Shown: piece by piece, positions 24,763 through 32,000 of the stretch
How positions within the stretch are numbered: the stretch's first letter is position 1
Layout: each line of letters opens with the position of its first letter
NCBI GenBank assembly: GCA_036689225.1
Contig: CP144768.1
Span: 60,001 to 92,000, forward strand
Reading direction: 5' to 3'
Source: Candidatus Saccharimonadota bacterium
Lineage (GTDB): Bacteria; Pseudomonadota; Gammaproteobacteria; Enterobacterales; Enterobacteriaceae
Length of the DNA stretch: 32,000 bases
Position numbers and translations under genes: made by a program
Notes under the pieces: generated by a model
Database searches by the model: none
Seen by the model: only the letters and a program-made list of their open reading frames with translations
What the model was told of the DNA's origin: nothing

Positions 24763-25197
24763 TTATTTTTTATATTTTTTTATAATATTATCTAATATTT
24801 TATTTATTAATTTATAACTATTATATGCTCCAAATTTTTTTGCTAATAATATACTTTCATTTATTATTATTTTATAAGGTAGTGTTTTTTTTATTTTTAA
24901 TTCATATATTGATATATATAATATAGAATATTCTATTTTTCCTATATATTTTGTATTTTTATATATGTATTTATTTATTATATTATTTATGTGTTTATAA
25001 TATTTTTGTACTCCTTTTAAAATTTTAATTAAATATTTTATGTTTATATTATTTAATATATTTTTTTTAATTTTTTTAAATTCTTTAATTTTATATTTTA
25101 TATTTTTTTTTTTTTTTAATATATTTCATGAATATATAATTTGTAATGCTAGTTCTCTTGTTTTAATATTTTTATTAAATTTTTTATTTTTTTGCAT
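24763..25197 (-). CDS. nusB: Transcription antitermination factor NusB
   Basis: The gene is absent from the ORF track because of an early in-frame TGA. Hand translation from the ATG at 25197 gives MQKNKKFNKNIKTRELALQIIYSW..., against E. coli RECAVQALYSW. Further on, EYSILYISIYELKIKKTLPYKIIINESILLAKKFGAYNSYKLINKILDNI matches E. coli EKAVLRIALYEL...[33 protein letters not shown]. The stop is TAA at 24763-24765 (144 aa). Confidence 0.88.
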
Positions 25198-25200
25198 TTA

Positions 25201-25422
25201 TTATTTATTACTTCTAAAAATTATTCTTCCTTTTTTTATATCATATGGACTTATTTCTACTGTAACTTTATCTCCTTTTAATATTCTAATATAATTTTTT
25301 CTCATTTTTCCTGATATATGAGCTATTATTTTATATCCGTTGTCTAATTTAACTTTAAACATAGTATTTGGTAATGTTTCTATTACTATACCTTTTATTT
25401 CTATATTTTTTTCTTTTATCAT
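25201..25422 (-). CDS. infA: Translation initiation factor IF-1
   Basis: The 73-aa ORF contains [46 protein letters not shown], nearly identical to E. coli InfA. Confidence 0.97.
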   Translation of the reverse strand: MIKEKNIEIKGIVIETLPNTMFKVKLDNGYKIIAHISGKMRKNYIRILKGDKVTVEISPYDIKKGRIIFRSNK

Positions 25423-25423
25423 T

Positions 25424-26428
<1,005 letters not shown>

Positions 26429-26468
26429 TTATTTTAATTTTATTTTAAATTTATTTTAAATTATATTT

Positions 26469-27764
26469 ATGTTAAATATTAAATTAATATTAAATAATAT
26501 TTCTTATTTTGAAAAAAAAATTAAAATTCGTAAAAAAAATTTTAATATAAATAAATTATTAAATATTTATATTATTTATAAAAAAATGTTAAAAGAAATA
26601 GAATTTATTAAATATAAACATAATTTTTTATCTAAAAAAGTTTTTTTATATAAAAAAAAATTTTTTCATTTAATTTATTTAAAATATTTTATTAAGTTAA
26701 TAAAATATAATATTATTTTTAAAAAAAAAAAATTAAAATTAATATTTATTAAATTAAATAAAATTATGTCTTATATACCAAATATTATAGATGATGAAGT
26801 TCCATTGGGTAAAAATGACAATTTTAATAAAATTATATATAAATGAGGAAAAATTAGAAAATATAATTTTAAAATTATAGATCATATTAATTTTGGTAAG
26901 TTTAATAATAGTATAGATTTAGAAACTTCTAGTATTATTAGTGGTTCTTCATTTAGTATTTTAAAAAATGATATTTGTATGTTATATAGAGCTATTTCTC
27001 AATTTATGTTAGATACTCATGTTATTTTAAATAAATATTCTGAAATATATGTTCCATATATAGTTAAAAATATATGTTTATATGGTACAGGACAATTACC
27101 TAAATTTAAAAATTATTTATTTCATATATTTAATAAATATGAAAAAGAAAAATTATCTTTAATTCCTACAGGTGAAGTTTCTTTAGTTAATTTATTTAGA
27201 AATAAGATATTATATGATAAAGATTTACCAATTAAGTTAGTTTCATATACACCTTGTTTTAGATATGAATCTAAATCTTATGGAAAAAATAATAGAGGTT
27301 TAATTAGATTAAATCAATTTGATAAAGTTGAATTGATACAAATAATTAAATCTGATTTTTCATCTATATGTTTAGACAAATTAACATTAGATGCTGAAAA
27401 AATATTAAAAATGTTAAAATTACCTTATCGTAAAGTTTTATTATGTAGTGGTTCTATGAATTTTAGTTCTTCTAAGACATATGATTTAGAAGTTTGATCT
27501 CCTATAACTAATTCTTATATAGAAGTTTCTTCTTGTTCAAATACTTTAGATTTTCAATCTAGAAGAATAAATTTACGTTATAAAAATATTAATAGTAAAA
27601 AAAAAGAGTTTTTACATATTTTAAATGGATCTGGATTAGCTATTGGAAGAATTTTAGTATCTATAATAGAAAATTTTCAAATTAATAGTGGTTTAGTTAA
27701 AATACCTAAAGTATTACATAAATATATGAATAAAAAAAAATATATTAATTGTTTTGAAAAATAA
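26469..27764 (+). CDS. serS: Seryl-tRNA synthetase
   Basis: ORFs 26469.. and 26979.. share a frame. TGA codons give YKWG (E. coli SRWG) and LEVWSP (E. coli LEVWIP). Other matches are YGTGQLPKF, TPCFRYES, RLNQFDKVE and LNGSGLAIGR. The stop is TAA at 27762-27764 (431 aa). Confidence 0.93.
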
Positions 27765-27768
27765 TAAT

Positions 27769-28779
27769 ATGAATATACATAAATTTTCTGTTGCTCCAAT
27801 GTTAAATTTTACTGATAAATATTGTCGTTATTTTTATAGTTTATTAAGTAAAAATATAAAATTATATACTGGTATGATAAATACTAGTTCTTTTTTATTT
27901 AGATATAAAAATAATAATTTATCTTATAATAATATTAAAAATAATATTGTTGCTATACAATTTATAGGTAATATACCTAAAGATTTATATCTTTGTTCAC
28001 AAATAGTTGAAAAATTAAATTTTTCAGAAATAAATTTTAATATAGGTTGTCCTTCTTTAAATTGTAAAAAAAATAATTTTGGTTTTTTTTTATATAAAGA
28101 TATACAAAAAATTATAGATTGTTTAAATGCTATAAGTTATGGATCATCAAAAATAATTTTATCTATTAAATTAAGAATTAATTTTTTATATTCTTATGAA
28201 AAATTTTTAAATTTTATTTATAAAATTTATATTAATACTAAATGTAAAATTTTTATTATTCATGCAAGAAGTATTATAAAAAATAATTTTTCTACAAAAT
28301 TTAATTTAAAACATCCATATTTAAATTATAATTGAGTATATAAAATTAAAAAAGATTTACCTAATTTAATAGTAATTATTAATGGTAATATTAATAGTAT
28401 TGAAAATATTGATTATCATTTAAAATATGTTGATGGAGTAATGATAGGAAGATATATATATAAGAATCCATTATTTTTATTAAATATTAATGAATATATA
28501 AAAAAAAAAAAAATATTTAATAATAATAAATTATTTAAATATAATTATAAAATAAATTTTAATATAAGAAAAATATTATTATATTTATATATTTATATTA
28601 AAAAAGAAATGTATTTAAAAAATATTAATCCTATTAATATTATTAAACATGTTTCTAATATATTTTATAATGTTAATAATTCTTTTAAATTTCGTAATAA
28701 TATTATTAAATCTTGTTATATATTTAAAAATTTTTATAATTATTTAAATTTTGAAAAATTTATTATTAAAGGATATTAA
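27769..28779 (+). CDS. dusA: tRNA-dihydrouridine synthase A
   Basis: KFSVAPMLNFTDKYCRYFY matches E. coli RFSIAPMLDWTDRHCRYFL. The gene also has NIGCPS with the catalytic Cys, FIIHARS, and VDGVMIGRYIYKNP. ORFs 27754.. and 28441.. share a frame through TGA at 28336-28338. I chose the ATG at 27769 over the TTG at 27754 used by the track. Confidence 0.85.
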
Positions 28780-28833
28780 TATTTTTTTTAAAAATATAAA
28801 TTTTAAAAAATAAATTTATAATAATTTTATTTT

Positions 28834-30495
28834 TTATTTATTTTTTGCTATTTTGAAAGCTTCAACCATACTATTATATAATATATTTTCTTTTTTTTTA
28901 TTATTATTATTATTTTTATATTTTTTTTTTGTTTTATTTATTATAAGATAAATTATTCTTTTTTTAATATCTATATTTATTATTTTTGTATTTATAATAT
29001 CATTTATTTTTTTTTTTTTTGTTATATATTTATATTTTTTATTTTTTTTATCTTTTATATTTATTTGTCCTTCTATATTATCTTTAAATATAACAAATAT
29101 TATATTATTTTTTATTTTAGTAATTTTAGATTTTATATTTTTTTTATTTTTATATATTTTTATATATTTATTAAGAGGATCTTCTTTTAATTGTTTTAAT
29201 CCTAAAGATATTCTTTCTTTATTTATATCTATTTGTAATATTATAGTAGTTATTTTTTCACCTTTTTTATATATATTTTTAAAATTATTATTTTTATTTA
29301 TTCAAGATATATCTGATGTATGAATTAATCCGTCTATGTCATTTTCTAATTTTATAAAAATTCCAAATTCAGTAATTGATTTAATAATACCATTAATTTT
29401 TTTTCCTATTTTATATTTTTTTGAAAAATTAATTCATGGATTAGGATTACATTGTTTAATTCCTAATGATATTCTCCTTTTTTCTTTATTTATATTTAAT
29501 ATTATTGCTTTTGTTTTTTGTCCTATTTTAAAAATTTTAAAAGGATTAATATTTTTATTTTTTCAATCCATTTCTGATATATGTACTAATCCTTCTATTC
29601 CTTCTTTTATTTCTATAAAACAACCATAATCAGTTATATTTGTTATTTTACCTTGTATTTTAGTATTTATTGGATATTTTTTTTCTATAGATTTTCATGG
29701 ATCTTTAGTTAATTGTTTTAGTCCTAAAGATACTCTTGTTTTTTCTTTATCAAATTTTATTACTTTTAATTTTATTTTTTGACCTATATTTAATATTTCA
29801 CTTGGATGTTTTACTCTTTTTCATGCTATATCTGTTATATGTAATAATCCATCTAATCCACCTAAATCTATAAATGCTCCATAATCTGTTAAATTTTTAA
29901 CTGTTCCATATAAATAAATTCCTTCATATATTTTTTTAAGTAATTTTTCTTTTTCATAGTTATTTTCATTTAAAATTATAGCTTTTCTAGATAATACTAT
30001 ATTATTTTTTTTTTTATCTAATTTTATTATTTTAAATTCTAATTCTTTTCCTTCTATTTCTGATATATCTTTTATTGGTTTAACATCTATTAATGAACCT
30101 GGTAAAAATGCTTTTATTCCATCTATATTTACAGTTAATCCACCTTTAACTTTACCATTAATAATTCCTTTAATATTTAGTGATTTATTATATGATTTTT
30201 CTATATTTAATCATGTTTCATATTTTTTAGCTTTTTCTCTTGATAATAGAGTTTCTCCTCATTCACTTGCTATATCATCTATAGATAAATCTACTATATC
30301 ATTTATATTTATGTTTATTTTTCCATTTATATCTTTAAATTGTTCTATTGGTATATATGATTCTGATTTTAATCCTGAATCTATAATTACTATATTATGT
30401 TTTATGTCTATAACTTTTCCTTTAATTATAGAACCATATTTTAAATTTTTTTTTTTGATTGATTTTTTAAATAATTTATTAAATAATTTATTCAT
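28834..30495 (-). CDS. rpsA: 30S ribosomal protein S1
   Basis: ORF 30259..30495 ([11 protein letters not shown]...[11 protein letters not shown]) continues through many TGA codons. Hand translation gives [37 protein letters not shown] and SEMDWKNKNI (each W is TGA). The C-terminus is [13 protein letters not shown]. The stop is TAA at 28834-28836 (553 aa), colinear with the six S1 repeats of E. coli RpsA. Confidence 0.92.
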
Positions 30496-30536
30496 ATTAT
30501 TTTATATATATGTATATTTTTAGTTTAAATATAATT

Positions 30537-30995
30537 TTAAAATGTTAAATCATCGAAATCTATAGATAAATCTTCATTTTTATTATTATCTATTTTTTTT
30601 TTTTTTATATTATTATTATTATTATTATTGTTATTAATATTATTATTTTTATTACCTAACATTTTCATTGTTCCTTTTGAATTTACTATTATTTCTGTTA
30701 TATATTTTTCATATCCATTTTTATCTTTTCATTTTCTTGTTTGTAATGATCCTTCTATATATATTTGTGATCCTTTTTTTAAATATTTTGAAGCTATTTC
30801 TGCTAATTTACCAAATAATATTACTTTATGTCATTGTGTTTTTTCTTTTTTTTCCCCTGTTTTTTTATCTTTTCATATTTCTGATGTAGCTATACTTAAA
30901 TTTATAATTGCATTTCCATTTGAAGTATATTTTATTTCTGGTTTTTGACCTAAATTACCTATTAAAATTACTTTATTTATACCTTTACTAGTCAT
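30537..30995 (-). CDS. ssb: Single-stranded DNA-binding protein
   Basis: Hand translation from the ATG at 30995 gives [94 protein letters not shown]. This is highly similar to E. coli SSB, and its three Trp residues are all TGA. A poly-Asn linker follows, then the acidic tip SIDFDDLTF (E. coli MDFDDDIPF). The stop is TAA at 30537-30539 (152 aa). Confidence 0.93.
30609..30650. repeat. Trinucleotide microsatellite, (ATT)7 followed by degenerate ATT units. On the coding strand this is (AAT)n, a poly-Asn tract inside ssb.
   Basis: ATT repeats seven times in perfect register at 30609-30629. It is followed by GTT ATT AAT ATT ATT ATT TTT ATT, in frame with ssb. Confidence 0.8.
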
Positions 30996-31107
30996 TTTAT
31001 TATTTTAGATTAATATTTTTATATATATTTAATTATAATGTATATATATAAAAATATATATATTAATTATTTTGTTTTTTTATATTATATATATTATAAT
31101 ATTTATT

Positions 31108-32000
31108 TTAATTATAGTTATCAAATTTTGATATTTCTCCATTAAATATTAGATTTATTTTTCCTATAGGTCCATTTCTTTGTTTACCTATTATTATTTC
31201 AGCAATTCCTTTAGATTTTATTTTATCATTATATAATTCATCTCTATATATAAACATTATTAAATCTGCATCTTGTTCTATTGATCCAGATTCTCTAAGA
31301 TCTGAATTAACTGGTCTTTTGTCTATTCTTTGTTCAGAAGATCTATTTAATTGAGATAAAGCTATTATAGGTATTTTTAATTCTTTAGCTAATAATTTTA
31401 ATGAACGTGAAATATCTGCTATTTCTAAAGCTCTATTTTCTAATGTAGAAGATGATTTCATTAATTGCAAATAATCTATCATTACTAAACTTAATCCTTT
31501 ATTTTCTTTGTATATTTTTCTAGTTTTTGATCTTATTTCATTATGTGTAATTGTACATGAATCATCTATAAATATATTATTTTTTTTTTTAAGTAAGTCT
31601 ATTATATTTGATATTTTTATTCAATCTTGATAATTTAGTTTACCTGTTTTTATTTTACTTTGTTCTATTCTAGATAAAGAAGATATTATTTTTATTATTA
31701 TTTGTTCTGATGACATTTCTAAACTAAATATTAATACTGGTTTTTTTTGATTAATTGATATATTTTCACATAAATTAATAGCAAATGTTGTTTTACCCAT
31801 TGATGGTCTACTTGCTATTATTATTAAATCTGATTTTTGTAATCCAAAAGTTTTTTTATTTAAATCTTTATAACCTGTATCTATTCCTGTTATATCAAAA
31901 CTTGGATTTTTATATAATTTTTTTATTTTTTTTTTAGTTTTTTTTAATATAGAATTTATGTTAATTGGATTATTATTTTTATTAATTTTTTTTTCTGATA
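31108..32000 (-). CDS. dnaB: Replicative DNA helicase DnaB. The 5' end lies beyond the right edge of the window.
   Basis: ORF 31108..31482 is nearly identical to the E. coli DnaB C-terminus (IDYLQLM, LSQLNRSSEQRIDKRPVNSDLRESGSIEQDADLIMFIYRDE, GKQRNGPIG, FDNY). The frame stays open upstream to position 32000. That stretch gives the Walker A motif ASRPSMGKTTFAINL and PVLIFSLEMSSEQI, and contains one TGA (QDW). Confidence 0.95.

Noticed and set aside
27754-27768. A TTG start at 27754 for dusA, as in the ORF track, would overlap the end of serS by 11 nt.
   Set aside because: An ATG at 27769 lies 4 nt after the serS stop. It gives an N-terminus (MNIHKFSVAPML) that aligns with the start of the conserved core of E. 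coli DusA. The five extra residues have no counterpart.
28795-28820. An inverted repeat, TATAAATTT-N8-AAATTTATA, lies between the convergent dusA and rpsA. It could be a bidirectional terminator.
   Set aside because: The stem is entirely A/T (9 bp) and so very weak. Palindromes of this size are expected by chance in spacers that are nearly all A/T. Other convergent junctions have no spacer at all.

Overview
The window is about 95% coding and extremely AT-rich (roughly 10-15% G+C by eye, not computed). It looks like part of a tiny-genome bacterial endosymbiont.

The fragmented ORF track is an artefact of the standard genetic code. Every break I checked is a TGA that aligns with a conserved Trp of the E. 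coli ortholog, for example DnaK GDAW, PBP2 DPGWW and Lon YIDW/GLAW. With TGA read as Trp (translation table 4), the fragments fuse into 27 intact housekeeping genes:
- dacA (partial), rodA, mrdA, pgi, rpsT, rsmA, ileS, dnaK, dnaJ
- glyA, tsaB, rodZ, hisS, der, cysS, folD, lon, clpX
- clpP, nusB (missed by the ORF track), infA, trxB, serS, dusA, rpsA, ssb, dnaB (partial)

There are also an RNase P RNA (rnpB) and a tRNA-Arg(UCU).

Protein similarity and local gene order point to a gammaproteobacterial, Enterobacterales-like ancestry. The matching blocks are mrdA-rodA-dacA, rodZ-hisS-der, clpP-clpX-lon, trxB..infA with divergent serS, and convergent cysS/folD. I cannot name the organism from sequence alone.

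I found no mobile elements, CRISPR arrays, defence or toxin genes, or unexplained multi-gene system. Every gap over 60 nt is an AT-only spacer next to a gene start: 3503-3627, 9205-9414, 13721-13901, 14487-14592, 26372-26468 and 30996-31107.

The points worth a second look:
- the UGA-to-Trp recoding itself
- extreme compaction, with convergent genes sharing or overlapping stop codons
- retention of the Rod/elongasome genes, with RodZ reduced to its HTH plus membrane anchor
- rnpB wedged between two CDSs with no space for its own signals
- dnaK as a compositional and codon-usage outlier
- a poly-Asn microsatellite replacing the SSB linker
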